Shown one piece after another: positions 1 to 13,861 of a stretch of DNA of 64,000 nucleotides. The stretch lies in assembly GCF_011386835.1 (NCBI RefSeq), contig NC_088812.1:12586001-12650000 (forward strand). Direction: 5' to 3'. The stretch is from Chrysemys picta bellii. Lineage: Eukaryota. The notes beneath the pieces are model-generated. The model did not search any database, was not told where the DNA came from, and saw only the letters and a program-made list of their open reading frames with translations. Numbering within the stretch: the first letter of the stretch is position 1; every line of letters begins with the position of its first letter. The translations under genes were made by a program, and so were the position numbers.

Positions 1-123
1 ACACGACCCGGCCGTCGGGAAGCACCGTCTGGGTGCCGGGAAAGCGCAGGGCGATGGCGAAGGTGGCCCTGGCGCCCGTCATGGTGGGGGCGTCGTTGCT
101 GATGTCAAAGGTCACGGTGCCAC
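1..123 (-). CDS. PMEL: Premelanosome protein, coding exon 3 (runs off the window start)
   Basis: Minus strand: acceptor ...ctccctcccag| then (G)GTVTFDISNDAPTMTGARATFAIALRFPGTQTVLPDGRVV, matching recalled bird/mammal PMEL (..TFDISNDAPTLVGARATFSIALRFPGTQTVLPDGRVVW). Phase 1 is consistent with exon 2. Confidence 0.95.
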
Positions 124-246
124 CTGGGAGGGAGAGGGGCAGCCAGCCAGCTGGTGGGGCGCAGATCGGGGGAGGGGTGCAGATCTCCCAAGTCCCCACC
201 GTGTTTCCAGCTTGTCACAGGGTGAATCCTTCATCCCTAAACCCAC

Positions 247-735
247 AGCTCTGCCGGTGCCCCTTACTCCCGACCCGCAGCCCCTGCTAGCCCAGCCCTG
301 CCCCACCCCCCCGCTCTGCCAGTGCCCCTCAACCCGACCCGCAGCCCCTGCAAGCCCAGTCCTGCCCACCCCCCCACTCTGCCAGTGCCCCTCAACCCAA
401 CCCGCAGCCCCTGCAAGCCCAGCCCTGCCCACCCCCCCACTCTGCCGGTGCCCCTCAACCCGACCCGCAGCCCCTGCTAGCCCAGCCCTGCCCACCCCCC
501 CCACTCTGCCAGCGCCCCTCAACCCGACCCGCAGCCCCTGCTAGCCCAGCCCTGGGCTCTCCCCAGCCCTGCCAGTGCCCCTCAGTCCCGACCCGCAGCC
601 CCCTGCTAGCCCAGTCCTGGGCTCCCCCCAGCTCTGCCAGTGCCCCTCACTCCTGACCCGCAGCTCCCTGCTAGCCCAGCCCTGCCCCCACCCCCAGGTC
701 TGCCGGTGCCCCTCACTCCCGACCCGTAGCCCCCA
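247..735. repeat. C-rich minisatellite, ~8 copies of a 63-66 bp unit (ctctgccRgtgcccctcaMYcccgacccgcagcccctgctagcccagccctg...) in PMEL intron 2
   Basis: Unit starts visible at ~249, 314, 377, 440, 504, 568, 632, 698. Explains the overlapping Pro/Gly-rich pseudo-ORFs. Confidence 0.9.
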
Positions 736-772
736 GTGGCACAGCGTTGGGCTCAGAGGGGCCACCCCCTAC

Positions 773-898
773 CTCTCCAGCAGTTCTGCTGCCGGGGGTC
801 GCCCTCCTGCCAGCGGGGGTACAGCTGGGAGTTCCAGGACCCCTCGACCGAGGGCAGTCGGTTCCGTCGATCGCTCCCCTGGCCTCTGCTGCCGGCCC
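773..898 (-). CDS. PMEL: Premelanosome protein, coding exon 2
   Basis: Acceptor gtttctctccag| and donor |gtaggg. Encodes (R)AGSRGQGSDRRNRLPSVEGSWNSQLYPRWQEGDPRQQNCWR(G), homologous to PMEL WNRQLYPEW...DCWRG. Confidence 0.93.
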
Positions 899-1326
899 CT
901 GGAGAGAAACGGGATCCGAGCTAGAGCTGGGATCGGGGGAATAGACCCTGGCCTCGACCCCCCGCCAGGGTGTGCAAAGACCCGTCCCTCGCCAGGGCGG
1001 ATCAGGCTAGAACAGAGCTCGAATGTTCCCCAGAGGCTGGAGTGGAGGGCTTGGGGTGGGGGCTGGAACCCAGGACTCCTGGGTTCTGTGCTGAGCTCTG
1101 GGAGGGGAGAGGTGTCTCTGGGTTGGAGCAGGGTGGGGAGGGGGCAGGTTAGTCAGGACTCCTGGGTTCTGTGCCCAGCTCGTGTGTGGAATAGGAACAA
1201 GGTGCTTTGCGATCCATGGTGGGAAGGCTGCAGGGGGGCAGGGCGGATAATTCCCCATGAGGAGGACGGTGGGAGATTCGCTGCCCCAAAGCACTGGGCG
1301 TGCAGGGCCCCCGGCCCCCTGGGCAC

Positions 1327-1606
1327 CACATGTCTCCTGGCATCCCGGCTCACGGGCAAGGGGATTCTAGCCGAGGCACCTCCAGGCCCCAGCCGACACG
1401 CTCAGCCCTGTGGGCTCCAGGCCCCGCTCCATCACCGCATCAGCTGGTAGTCGGCTGCGCCCAGCCTGGCCACGGCCCTCCCACAGCCTGGAGCCCCGGC
1501 TGGCTGCGTGGGGAGCATGTGACGGATCTTCCACCCAGCACTCGGGGCTCCAGGCAAAACCCATCACATGGGCCTCTAAATCCTCCGCCGAGCCCTTGCA
1601 TGTGAC
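1327..1606. promoter_or_regulatory. Candidate MITF/bHLH-Zip E-box cluster in PMEL intron 1
   Basis: CACATG 1327-1332, CATGTGAC 1516-1523, TCACATG 1564-1570, CATGTGAC 1599-1606. Mammalian PMEL has an intron-1 MITF enhancer (established knowledge). Confidence 0.5.
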
Positions 1607-1974
1607 TCTCAGCTGAGTCCCTGGTGCAGGACGCTCCAGCCAGTGCGGGGTTAATGCCCCCCCCCTTGCACCACCGCTCAGCGGGAGGGGGGAAGTCCCA
1701 ATCACCCCTGGCCCAGGCAGCCTCCCTGGGTGGGATAGGGGGATGGAGAGCTCGCTGGGGCAGGAGCGTGCCCTTCTGTATCGCACTTGGATAGTGTGAC
1801 CCACTGGGGGTGAAGGGAGGGGGGGTCTAGTGGTTGGAGCAGGGGTGGGGCTGGTAGTCAGGACTCCTGGTTTCTCTGCCTGGCTCTGTGAGAGGAGTGG
1901 GGGAAAATGGGTTAGAACAGGGGGCCTGGACTCCGGGGGTCTAGTCCCAGCTCTGGGCTGACTCATTGTATGAC

Positions 1975-2100
1975 TTGCAGCATGTCCCCGTCTCCCTTTG
2001 TGCCTCAGTTTCCCCAGCTGTAAGCTGCGGGGAATGCCAGTGATCCTGTTGTGGGGCTCAGCGCCTGGCAGTGAAGCGCTTTGGGACGCTTGGGCAGGGA
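1975..2100 (+). mobile_element. CORE-SINE/MIR-like remnant
   Basis: Diagnostic core ...ctttgtgcctcagtttccccagctgtaa... followed by ...gtgaagcgctttggga. Confidence 0.55.
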
Positions 2101-3933
2101 GGGGAGACTTCCCAGGGAAATGGTCTGACTTTCAACGGCCCCCCCCCACCCCTGCGCCCAGCAGACATAGGGCCGGACAGGCATGCACCCCCCCTGCAGT
2201 GTCGCTCCACTGGGAAGTGAGGGTTTCAGGGGGGCTCCCCACTGCAGACAGGCCCTAGGGGAGACCAACAAGGGCTAAGGGTGGAGAATCAAGTGCATCC
2301 CGAACCTGCCCCCTTAGGGGATTCCCCCCTGCAAGCCCCTTGGCCAGGTGTCCAGACTCCGATGGCCTAGGAGAGGCCTCCCCCTGCTACGGGTGCACTG
2401 TCAGTTCTCAGCACAGGGCGGGGGGGTCTCGGAGGAGGCAGCAGTGTCAGCTGGGGGGGACTGCAGGGGGGCAGCTGCCTGGCTGCAGGGGCCAGTAGGT
2501 AGGTGGGGGGAAGGGTCCTGGCAGCAGTATGTTGGGGCTGGGGGCGTGGGGACGTCCCTGCGCCTGGCACAGCGCAAGGAGCTGTACGGATATTACCCAG
2601 AAGCCGCTGCCCCGTCTCCTCCCCGTCCGCCCCGGGGGAGCAGAGACCAGGCCCCCAGGCTCCCTCCTCGGTACGGGGACGGGGCTGAGCGCGGTGGGTT
2701 CCCCCACTGGGTCCCCCTCCCCGATTCAGCCCCATTCCAGTCCTTGCCAGACGCCGGGCCCAGCGCGGGGGATTAGCAGGGGCTCTGAGCCAGCTCCCCA
2801 CGTGGTTCGGCTTTACCGCTGGCTCTCCCGGACCCTGGTCATCCAGCAAGAGGCTTCCCAGCAGGGCAGGGCCGCATCCCTGCTCCAGCCACGCTGGGAC
2901 GAGGAGGGTTAAACCCACCGGAGCACTCGGCAGCACCAGCTTGGAACCGGGCCAGAGGGCGCCTGGGCCGGAGGGTGCCCAGCCCGTCTCCCTCCGCAGC
3001 CGCTCGGGGGCAGCTGACAGAGGGTGCGAGGCTGGCGCTGCCCTGGGCCGCTCCCTGCCCTGCTCCCCAGGCCGGCCTGGCACAGACAAGCTTTGAGGCG
3101 GGGGGCTCGGGGCGTAGGCAGACCAGGCAGTGGGGTGGGCTATGGTGTGAGTTGTGGGTGAGGGGCAAGGGAGGCCCTAAATATTCCTGTTTGGGGTCCC
3201 CAGGGGCCTAGCACCGTCTCTGCTCTCCCCCTCAGCCCGCGGGAGCTGGCCCAGCCGTGAGAGTCTGTCTGTCTCCTCTGCAGGGGGAAAACCCTCTGGA
3301 CGCCTAAAGGGGGCACATTAGATCTGGAATTGCTACGGGGGGGGTGGTGTTATAGGGGATATTCCTGTTCTGCCCCCACACGCACACATGCTCCTTGGCA
3401 ACTTTATAGTCGTTTGGCTGCTTCCCACCCACCCCTTCCCAACGGGACTTTAAGGTCCCTTCACATTTTAGCATCACTGCATCCAAAAGCACCTCCCCCC
3501 CCCCGAGAAACGTGCTCCCCCCTGCAGGGATGGAGCTGGCGGCTGGGTCAGTTAATTAAGCTACATTAACCCAACGGGGCTCTTCGCTGCCCCTATTTGC
3601 ATACCAGACACACACACCCCTCCCCCAGACCTGTCAGCTGGGACCATCCTCCCCACTAGCAATCTGGGGAGGGGAAAGGGGGTGTCACTACGTTTGGGAC
3701 TTGCGATCGAGGCCATGGCCGGTAAATGCCCCCATTGGCCCCCAGGGTAAGATCCTACAGAGACTCGGGGGCGGGGGTTTTACCGGTACCAGCCCCAGCG
3801 TTCTGGAGTCAGGAACGAGACGTGACCGGGATCGATCCTGCATTGGCCGGGGGTGGGTCAGCTGAGACCCTACAGATCCTGCCACCCCCGCTCCAGGCCC
3901 TTTGCTGCCCCCGAGGACCGGGACCCTACTCAC

Positions 3934-3997
3934 TGTGTTGAGCTGCAGCCACAGCCAGAAGGGCCCAGGCAGCCACCAAGTACCAGCTCGTCCGCAT
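3934..3997 (-). CDS. PMEL: Premelanosome protein, coding exon 1 (signal peptide)
   Basis: ATG at 3997-3995, MRTSWYLVAAWALLAVAAAQH plus 1 nt, donor |gtgagt. Hydrophobic signal peptide; phase 1 joins exon 2 in frame. Confidence 0.9.
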
Positions 3998-4076
3998 CTC
4001 CCAGCCCGTCCTTTGCACCCGCCTGCGCGCTCCTGGACCCCTCGACAGCCGAGAGGCAAAGCATCCCAGCCGCCCT

Positions 4077-4083
4077 GTATAAG
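4077..4083 (-). promoter_or_regulatory. TATA-like box of PMEL promoter
   Basis: CTTATAC on the minus strand ~80 nt upstream of the PMEL ATG. Confidence 0.4.
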
Positions 4084-5334
4084 AAGGCATCCTCATTTGC
4101 ATAGCCCCACCCCCTTCCTGGCACAACCTCAGGCAAATCTCACCCCCCCCCCAGCAGTGGGGCGGGTGGGTGAGAACCAGTCACAAGTTGGTGTTTCTAG
4201 CACAATGGGGCCTCACTAGTTTTGCCTCCCAGACAGAGCCTGGAATTTCGCGGGGAGAAGGACAGACACGGGTTTCCGCTCTGAGAAGAAAGCGTCTCTA
4301 ATGATCACAGAACTACAGGAGGCCGGGAAGAGTAACCCGTGATGCAACTTCACTACAGGGTCTTGGGGTGACATGACAAGTCACCCCAACGCTGAGCAAG
4401 GCAGACTCCACTTCGCTCGGGGCAGCCGGCTGCTTCTGTTCCCCCTCTCCCCGATACAGGAGCGAGGAGACGGGCAGCACCTTGAAAACTGACCAACGGA
4501 AACGTAAAACACACACACACACCGAAGTAGCAGGTGGAACTCACTGCTACAGGATACTTGCCTTCCAGCGGTAGGTCCTATAACACTAGTGACTTAGTCC
4601 TGGCCGACAGACAGAGCTTTAAGGTGTGATTTAAAGCCAGTCTAATAAAACCGGTGCAACTTTATCTGTGGACACTCTTAGAAAATGGCTTTAAACCCAG
4701 CTCGTAGTGGTTTAGTGTGTGTCTGTGCTTGTAGGTGGAAGCTAAATCAATAGACCCAGTTGTCAATCGCTAGACGAGGGTGCATACGGGGTGGGGGGTG
4801 GGTGTCACTAAATCCATTCTCAAACCAATTGACGTTAAACCAGCGCGACTTCTGAGTGCAGAGCGTTCAGTTAGCTTGTGAACGTAAAGGAAAGTCACGT
4901 CTGATCACCCCGGTCCATGGGGAGAGCTCTAGGCAAAGAGAGGGAAACCAGAACTGGCAGTTAGCAGAACAAGGGCAGGTAATTTGAGGGACCCCAATTT
5001 ACTAATTCGGTTCAGAACTGACCCCGAATAGAACTATTGCTATGACTCGTTATACTGCAGTTACAATGTCACTTTGCGTGGCAATAAACCTTCCCCTGGC
5101 CCGGTTTGCACCCAACCATCACAGCCTGGGGAGAGCCGGAAACTGACTGGCCTGTTTTCCACCCACACAGAGCAGCAGCAGCAGGGAGCTGGGGGTGGCT
5201 AACGGCCCCAAAGGAGGAGTTTGGGACTAGGAGTGGAATCAAGCTGCTGTGGGATTTTCAGTGGGTCCCTGAAGTGAGGCACAGGAGAGAGCTGCATCTG
5301 GGGGACTGGGCAGCGGTGCTGTAGCCCAGGTGTC

Positions 5335-5476
5335 GAATAGAATCATAGACTAGCAGGGTGGGAAGGGACCTCAGGAGGTATCTAGTCCAACCCCCTGCTC
5401 AAAGCAGGGCCAATCCCCAACTAAATCATCCCAGCCAGGGCTTTGTCAAGCCGGGACTTAAACACCTCTAAGGAAG
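5335..5476 (-). mobile_element. CR1 LINE 3' terminal fragment
   Basis: Plus strand gaatagaatcatagac...gggaagggacctcaggaggtatctagtccaaccccctgctc is the reverse complement of a CR1 3' end with (ATTCTRTG)-type tail. Near-identical to 61674-61815. Confidence 0.85.
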
Positions 5477-6068
5477 TTGTCTGTGCAGGAAGCTGTGGTC
5501 TGCTCCGATCTCCATTCAAGGGAACAGGAACTTTGTACCTGTTGTAAGCAAACAAGTCACACTACAGAAATACCTGACGGCATCACCCATGTCTGCTCCA
5601 GACAGGAAACTGACCCGGAAGGCCCCAAAATCCACTCAGCAAAAGGGGCATCAGTACAAATGTCAAATCCTGTTCTGAACCCTGGTACGCTCTCGGCCTT
5701 GGCAAGACCTTGTAGCAGTGAGTTCCGCACGTTAACGGTGTGCTGTGCAAAAGGCATTAGTAATACAGGGGAGGGAATTTTTTGAAATGTATCATTTTTA
5801 ATCCATCTGTGTCCCTTTAATAAAAGGAACAGATTGGGAGGGATAATTCACAGCAGTTATTGAGTCTGACCTAGATGGTCAGAAGTCCTTAGAAGCTGAA
5901 CACCCATTGATTTTAATGGGAGTTATGTGTCTAAATACCTTTGCAGATCTGAGCCCATGTGTTCAGGGTATTATCCTGCTAAGAAAACAATTACTGTGTA
6001 ACTCCTCCCCCAAACACCAGACATATCAGCAAAATCCTGTTTAATAAACCCATGGCCCACGGTTTCTC

Positions 6069-7152
6069 TGTGACAGACTGTATTCCTACGTTCACCACTT
6101 TTACAAGACTGTGATAAATTTTGTACAAAGTATGCCTTATGGGGTAGCATTTGAAAACTCATAATTCGCTGATCATTATTGTCTTAGTAAAATTGGTGTG
6201 GCAACATTGTATGTGAAGTTATAAGCTTCTAGTGTATAATTTCACTAAAGCATATTTCAAATCTGGGGAAGCAGCCCAAACAAGTTCCTCAGAGACAAAA
6301 AGGCAAATTGATGACTCAGCCAGGTGTCAACAAAATCAACTGGACTATCACCTGATTAAGCAGTCGTTCTTTGGCAGGAAGAAGGATGTGAGCAAGAAAT
6401 TTACATCTTGGCAAAAGACCAGACTTGCTGTCACCTGAACCCCAGTTGGAGATGATTCTCAAAGAGGAGGAAAAGATATAAAAATGAGGAACAGAGGCCC
6501 CAAATCACCTCTCTCCCCATATCTCTATTCTTGGCTTCAATGACATTTGAAAGACAAAGGAAGCATCAGTGACCTGGGGAGGGGTCCTGGCTGTGAGCAT
6601 CTGGTGAGAGAAATCCATTTGCTTTAAGTTCACGTCGCTCGTTACGTTAGGTATTAGTTGCATTTTACCTTTTATTTCTTTGTAACCAATACTGACTTGT
6701 ATGCCTCATTCCTTGTAATCACTTAAAATCTACTTTTCTGTAGTTAATAAACGTGTTCTATTGTTTATCTAAGTCAGTGTGTTTGGACTGAAGTGTTTGG
6801 AACCTCCATTTAAGATAACAGGGTGTGTGTGTAGCATTTTCTTTTCATGTTATGATGGACTGTCTATGTGTTTGTGCTGCACGGAAGGAGAGAGCTGGGC
6901 AGTACAAGACGCACATTTCTGGGGACAAGTCTGGGACTGGCAGTTTGCTGCTGTCACTCCGTAATATAATCCAGGAGTAGCGGACTAGAAGCACTCCTAT
7001 ATTCAGCTGGGAGTGTTTCTCCATGCTAGAGGCTGTGTGAACGGACCAGGAGTGGTTGTTCTCACAGCGAAGCAGCGTAAAAGCACTCCAGATTCTAAAG
7101 TTGAGGGGACACAGCTGTCCATCAGTCAGATTGTACCGTGGGGAATGTCACA
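6069..7152. mobile_element. Candidate solo LTR (~1.08 kb)
   Basis: AT-rich island bounded by TGTGACA...TGTCACA inverted termini, with TATA-like gatataaaa (~6476) and AATAAA (~6745). Flanks (tctc / gccc) give no clear TSD, so the boundaries are tentative. Confidence 0.5.
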
Positions 7153-8899
7153 GCCCCCTTCGCAGAACGACATAATGTTTAATATTTGGAAGAACTCAGG
7201 TCAGATTCCATTAGCTCATTGGTCACTTATTCGTGTAGCAGAGATCTGGTTTGGCCAGATGCAAAGAGAATGGATTTTGTTTATTCTAAGCAGCAGCCGG
7301 CTTGTGGGTGGAGTAGGGTCTAGTGGTTAGAGCACAGGCTTTTGCATCAGGACTCCTAGGTTCTATTCCCACCTCTGAGAGCGAGGTCTCATGGTTAGAG
7401 CAGATGGCCTGTCAGTCAAAACCCAGTTTTACCACTGTGCGACAGGAGGCAAATCGCTTCTCTTCTGCGCCTCAGTCTTTCCACCTTAAAATGGGTCTAT
7501 TTATGATGTGCCTTGCAGTAGTGCCCAGGGTGCAGTCATGGACGGTTGCGCTAGGTGTGGTACATACCCACTGCAGAAAAACCAGCCTGTCCCTGGAGAG
7601 CTTACATCTACCTCTTAGGAAGCTGATGAAGCTCAAGTCATGAATATTGGGAAAGTATTTCGAGATCTTCAGAGACGAGCCTCAGGAAAGCCCAAAGCAG
7701 AATGAGTTTTTATCTGCACGAACGTAATGGTGAAAGTGAGGCGCACAGCAAGGAAGGGACTGGCCCACGGCACCCAGAGTATCGGTCCTGTCCCATCTGC
7801 TACCGATTTGTGGCTCCAAAACGAGACGTCACTGACAGTCGACGGTACAGATCCTACAGGCTTTGGCCAGCAATGAAATCGTTCCCCATGGCCATCTGTG
7901 ACATGACTGACACATGAGCACTGTGGAGCCTTTGTCTCACGCCGGTGGAAGACTGCCCCAAAGCACGTCCCCGGGAGATGTCAGAGTCTGTATGTACCTG
8001 GCTTTCAGACCAGACCAGCCGACGCTATCCGAGACACACACAGAACGGCTGGAGCCGGATCCCTTCGGGGAAGAGACCCCCGGGCTCCGGGAAATGAGAG
8101 AGCGCGGAAAGGAAGGAGCCAATCCACACAATAAACCGGCACCGCAACCGCCCCCTGGGTCCCCGTTCACGAGCTGAGGCCTGATGGGCAGCGAGCAAAG
8201 CGCATGGCCGCCCTGTCTCCCAGCCAAGCCGCACGGGAGCTCGTCACCCGAAATGGCCAGGCGCAGAACCAAACCAGTTCAGCAGGAACTCCACCGCCTT
8301 CCACTGCCAGCTCTTTTGTCTGCCGGATTAAAGAGCCCTGAGCAGGTGCTTCCAGGCCGGGCTCAAGTCACCGGTTGGACCTTCTCACAGATGAGTTGTG
8401 CTGCCCTGCTCAGAATGGCCAGGGCTGGGCGCAGCTCGTGGTGCACGAATCCCCTGGGGGCGAGGGGGGCGCGCGTTTGGCTGGCTGCGTTAGGCTGCTA
8501 GGTCTGAAATCCCCCGTGCGGAGGGGGCCTAAGGCCCAGACCCTCAAAGGAAGTTTGGAGTCTCAGTACTTTGCAGGAGCTGGGCCTTCGTGGTTTAGTT
8601 TTTGGAGCGGAAGCTGAAAGCTGGTTCTGAGCGAGGGCCTCAGGGCTTCCGAGGCGCCGGACAAACGGGGGCACTTGCCATCGATCGATCATAATCTTAA
8701 CCCTGGGACTCCCCCTTCATATTCTGCCAGGCGGAGCCCAGGCAGGGCTGGGGGATCCCGCATGCGGGGTGGGGGGAAGGGAGGGGAGCAGCTCCCTGGG
8801 GATAGGGGAGCACCTGGAGGGAGGGGAGTCTCCTTAGGGAGGGGGGGCCTGGCCCGCTCCAGCTCGGGAGGGGGCTCAAGGAATCTGGGGGGGGAATCC

Positions 8900-9490
<591 letters not shown>

Positions 9491-10664
9491 TGAGTCCCCC
9501 CCCCGACCCCCCGGGGGAGTCCCAGGAACCCCCCCGTCTCCGGCCGCGGGGCCCCTCCCGTAGCCCGAGGTTGGGGGGGTGGGGCACAAGCAGCTGGCCC
9601 CTCCCTGGGCCGGGCAGACCCCTCGCCTCGAGGGCTGGGGGCCTCCTGCAGGAGCCCACCCCCGGGGGCGAAGCGTGTGGCACCTTGGGGGTGCAGATGT
9701 AGCAGAGACGGGGTCCGGGGTGGGGCTGGCATCCGGGGGGCCAGTTCCCTGCCTGTGGGGCTGGGGTGCCCCGGGAGCGGCTGGGCCGGCTGTCACCAGG
9801 GCCTTGGCATGAATTCACTTGGTGAGGTGCATCCGAGGTGGGCAGAGCCAGACTGTCGAGCTGGTGGCCGGGGGTGGGCAGGGCGCTGCTAGAAGCCAGG
9901 ATAACCCTTGGGTTTGGGGTGCTGGGAGGGGGCACCCGGGTCCCTCTCTCCAGGGGGACGCTGGATGTTTCTGGGCACTTCCCAGCTCCCGCTGGGGTCA
10001 ATCAGCAGCGCTCCACCAAGCTCAGTAAGGCTGGCGCCAGTCAGCCCTTCGGATGCCTGGTGCTGGCGGGGGGAATGACACCCCTCAGCCTTTCCTGCAG
10101 CCCCATTTCTGGTGGGGGTGTCTTCTGCCCCCTACGCTTCCTTAACGCCCTGACAGAGGTCATTCTACGGAGCTGAGACCGGTCAGTCACTCGCTCCAGT
10201 TTTAGGCCTTGTCTGGACTTCGCTGAAACAGCCGTTCTTAAATTGTCTGGCTGCCGTCAGCAGGTCCCCGAAGAAATTCTCTTCCCCGGTGCAGTGAAGG
10301 AATATCCCAGCCAGCTTTGCCTCTCAGCCGCCCGGGTGGGTCATGGCACCCGGGCCGGCTTTGGGGGTCCCGTCTCAGTCACTGTCGCTCTTAATGCGGG
10401 GGCAGGTAAAGTCGGTACCACGTGGTGGGTCTCGGGGCCAGTGGACAGCTGCCCACACGTCGAGTAGGGGCCGGAGGTTGAATTAAGGCTGCTCCGGCGT
10501 CTGTGCCCGGTTCTGGTGCCACAATCCAAGGGGGATGTGGATCCGCCGGAGAGACTCAGAAGAGCCAGGAGGCTGATGGAAGGATTTGTAGCGACAGGCT
10601 CCCGGAGCTCAGTCTATTTAGCTGAGCAGAGAGAGGGGGAAGGGGGGACTTGAGGCCAGTGCTA

Positions 10665-11535
10665 ATGGGCTCGTCAGTCTCACAGACAAAGGTCTAACAC
10701 GGGGGTCTCACACTCGCGGCCCATCTGCGGCCCGCGAACCTCCCCAGTGGCCCACGGGGCTCCAGCAGTTTTGGGGTCAGGTCTCTCCCTTGGCCCCACC
10801 TGCCGGCCCCGGGCGCTCCCCATCTGCGTCGCTGCTGGCCCCTCCCTGCGGACGCGGGGCAGGGCTGTGCCTCTGCGCGCTGTCCCCGCCCCGAGCGCTC
10901 CTGCGGCCAATGGGAAACTCCAGGGGTGGTGCTTGGGGGTCCCCTGCCCTGCCTTGGAGCCCCAGGTAAGCACCACATCCCCACCCCTCTCACAGAGCCT
11001 GTACCCCCACCCCCAAACTTCTTCCCAGAGCCTGCAACCCCACCCCCTTCTCCTGCACCCCTGCCCCAGCCCAGAGCCTGCACCCAGCACCCAAACTCCC
11101 TCCCAGAGCCCAACCTCTCACCCCTTCTGCACCCAAACTCCCTTCCAGAGCCTGCACCCCAATCTCCTCCCCCACCCAAACTCCCTCCCAGAGCCTTAGG
11201 CAGGTGTGGGGCGGGTTCTGGGCAGCATGAGTGACATTATTGGCCGGCTGGGAGGATCTGAGGACTGGCACTGGTCGAGTTGGAGACCCCTGGTCTAACA
11301 GGTCCAGTGGCAGGAAGTTGAAGTGAGACAGTTTCTGACTGGAGATAAGGCGCAGATCTGTAGGGACGAGGGTCACTAACCACTGGGCCATAGTGGATTC
11401 TCCATCACTGGCCATTTTTAAACCGAGGTTGGACGTTTTTCTCCAAGCTCTGCTCTAGCTCGGCTGGGAGGTGCCGGGCCTGCGTGACGCGGGCCAGGCC
11501 AGGTGATCTCAATGGCCCTATGGAGCCTGTGATTC
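10665..11535 (+). mobile_element. CR1 LINE 3' fragment interrupted by a hAT MITE
   Basis: gggctcgtcagtctcacagacaaaggtctaaca [insert] ggtccagtggcaggaagttgaagtgagacag...gtggattctccatcactggccatttttaaa...ggacgtttttct matches CR1 ORF2-end/3' UTR text when rejoined. Confidence 0.7.
10700..11292. mobile_element. Non-autonomous hAT (Charlie-like) DNA transposon
   Basis: TIRs CGGGGGTCTC...GAGACCCCTG (9/10 match) and a perfect 8-bp TSD GTCTAACA at 10692-10699 and 11293-11300. Confidence 0.88.
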
Positions 11536-11574
11536 ACAAGACCCCCTCTGGTCTGAATGGGCTGTGGAGAGTGT

Positions 11575-11757
11575 TCCCAGCCCCTGGTCGCTCCTGCGGT
11601 CTGCCTGTGCCGGGCAGGTGGGTGCTATTCGGCGGCAGTTCGGCGGACGGTCCCTCACTCCTGCTCGGAGCGAAAGACCTCCCGCCGAATTGCTGCCGCA
11701 GATCGCGATCACCTGATGACGGCTTTCGGGGCGGCCAAAACCCTGGAGCCGGCCCTG
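11575..11757. mobile_element. hAT MITE remnant
   Basis: Right TIR ctggagccggccctg (11743-11757) and internal cggcggc...cgccgaattg motifs shared with the element at 30732-30963. The left end is degenerate. Confidence 0.5.
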
Positions 11758-12120
11758 CCGGGAGGGGATGCAGCAGTGCGCAGGGCACTGAATAGCCCTG
11801 GACCCCTGGTTCCGACCCAGAGAGCTGGTCCAGGCCTGTGGGGTCGATGCGTTCAGGGGCCCCGTCAGCTCTGCCCAGATGTGAACAATCCCTAGGGCGG
11901 GCAGGGGTTTTGTCCCTGTGTCCGAAGCTGCCCCCTCTCCTCGCTGTTGCTTCCACCCCAGAGGTGGCTGCATTTCCATGGGGTTGCATCCGTGTAAAGG
12001 GTTTTTGGCTTATTGGTGCTGCACTAGGCTGGGGCCTGTGTGTGCTGGGCTGGAGTTCTTAGGCCGCCTGGCGTAAGTGCTTTGGTGTCACGGATGTCAC
12101 TCAAGGGGGGCTGGGGTTGA

Positions 12121-12258
<138 letters not shown>

Positions 12259-12493
12259 TAAGTGGGGGTGGGTGGCGAAGTGAGTTAACGAGGTCCCTGT
12301 AGGGTGGCACCACGCGGTCGCTGAGCTACTGGGATCCAGAGCCCCTCTTCCCCCGGGCTGGTGGGGACCCAGAGCTGTGGCCCCCATCGTGTTGGTCTGG
12401 GCCCGGCTCCCCAGCGGGACGTGTGCCCCACAAGCTCGTCACACCGGGTGCTGCCTGCCTGAGGCCAGGACGGGCATGGGACACGGCGAGTGA

Positions 12494-13018
<525 letters not shown>

Positions 13019-13367
13019 TAGGCAGTGAGATGGGGCCACCTCACCCGGATAGGTGCCCCCGATGGGCTGAACATCCCGGTCCTCCCTGCACCAGGACCCC
13101 CGGCTCCAGCTGATCCCGCCTCCTGCGGACTCCTCCAAGGCTGTCATGCCACCAACAGCACTTAGGGGGTGGGAGAGATCCGGCTGCATCCCCTGCGCCT
13201 ACTCCAGGCTCCCAGACCCATGGCCTCACACCACCCTGCCGCTCCGTTCCTGGACCAGAGTCCTACTAGGGAGAGGAGTGTCTAACGGTTACCCCCACAA
13301 GGCTGGGAGCCCGGACTCCTGGGTTCTATTCTCAGCTCCCCCCAAAATTCACTGTCTCGCCTTCGGT

Positions 13368-13465
13368 GAGTTTCCCTTTCTGTGCCTCGGTTTCTCCATC
13401 TGCAAAATGGGGATTACGAAGTTTCCCGGAGGCCTGTGGTGTGTAAAGCCCTTTGGGGTCCTTGG
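13368..13465 (+). mobile_element. CORE-SINE/MIR-like remnant in CDK2 intron 4
   Basis: ctgtgcctcggtttctccatctgcaaaatggggatta...gtgtaaagccctttgggg. Confidence 0.6.
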
Positions 13466-13501
13466 AGCGGAAAGGGGGAGAGATGTCCCTGTCGTGATTA
13501 A

Positions 13502-13861
<360 letters not shown>

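Noticed and set aside
247-735. CRISPR-like interpretation of regularly spaced repeats (also 47747-50075, 60778-61042)
   Set aside because: Eukaryotic intronic or promoter context, no cas genes; the first two are head-to-tail units without unique spacers.
212-1450. Pro/Gly-rich ORFs of 110-291 aa near the window start
   Set aside because: They arise from the PMEL intron-2 minisatellite and GC-rich intron; the real coding exons are on the minus strand.
7997-8000. Minus-strand donor CAG|GTACAT as a possible upstream PMEL exon
   Set aside because: A single donor-like motif occurs by chance; no supporting exon or promoter evidence.
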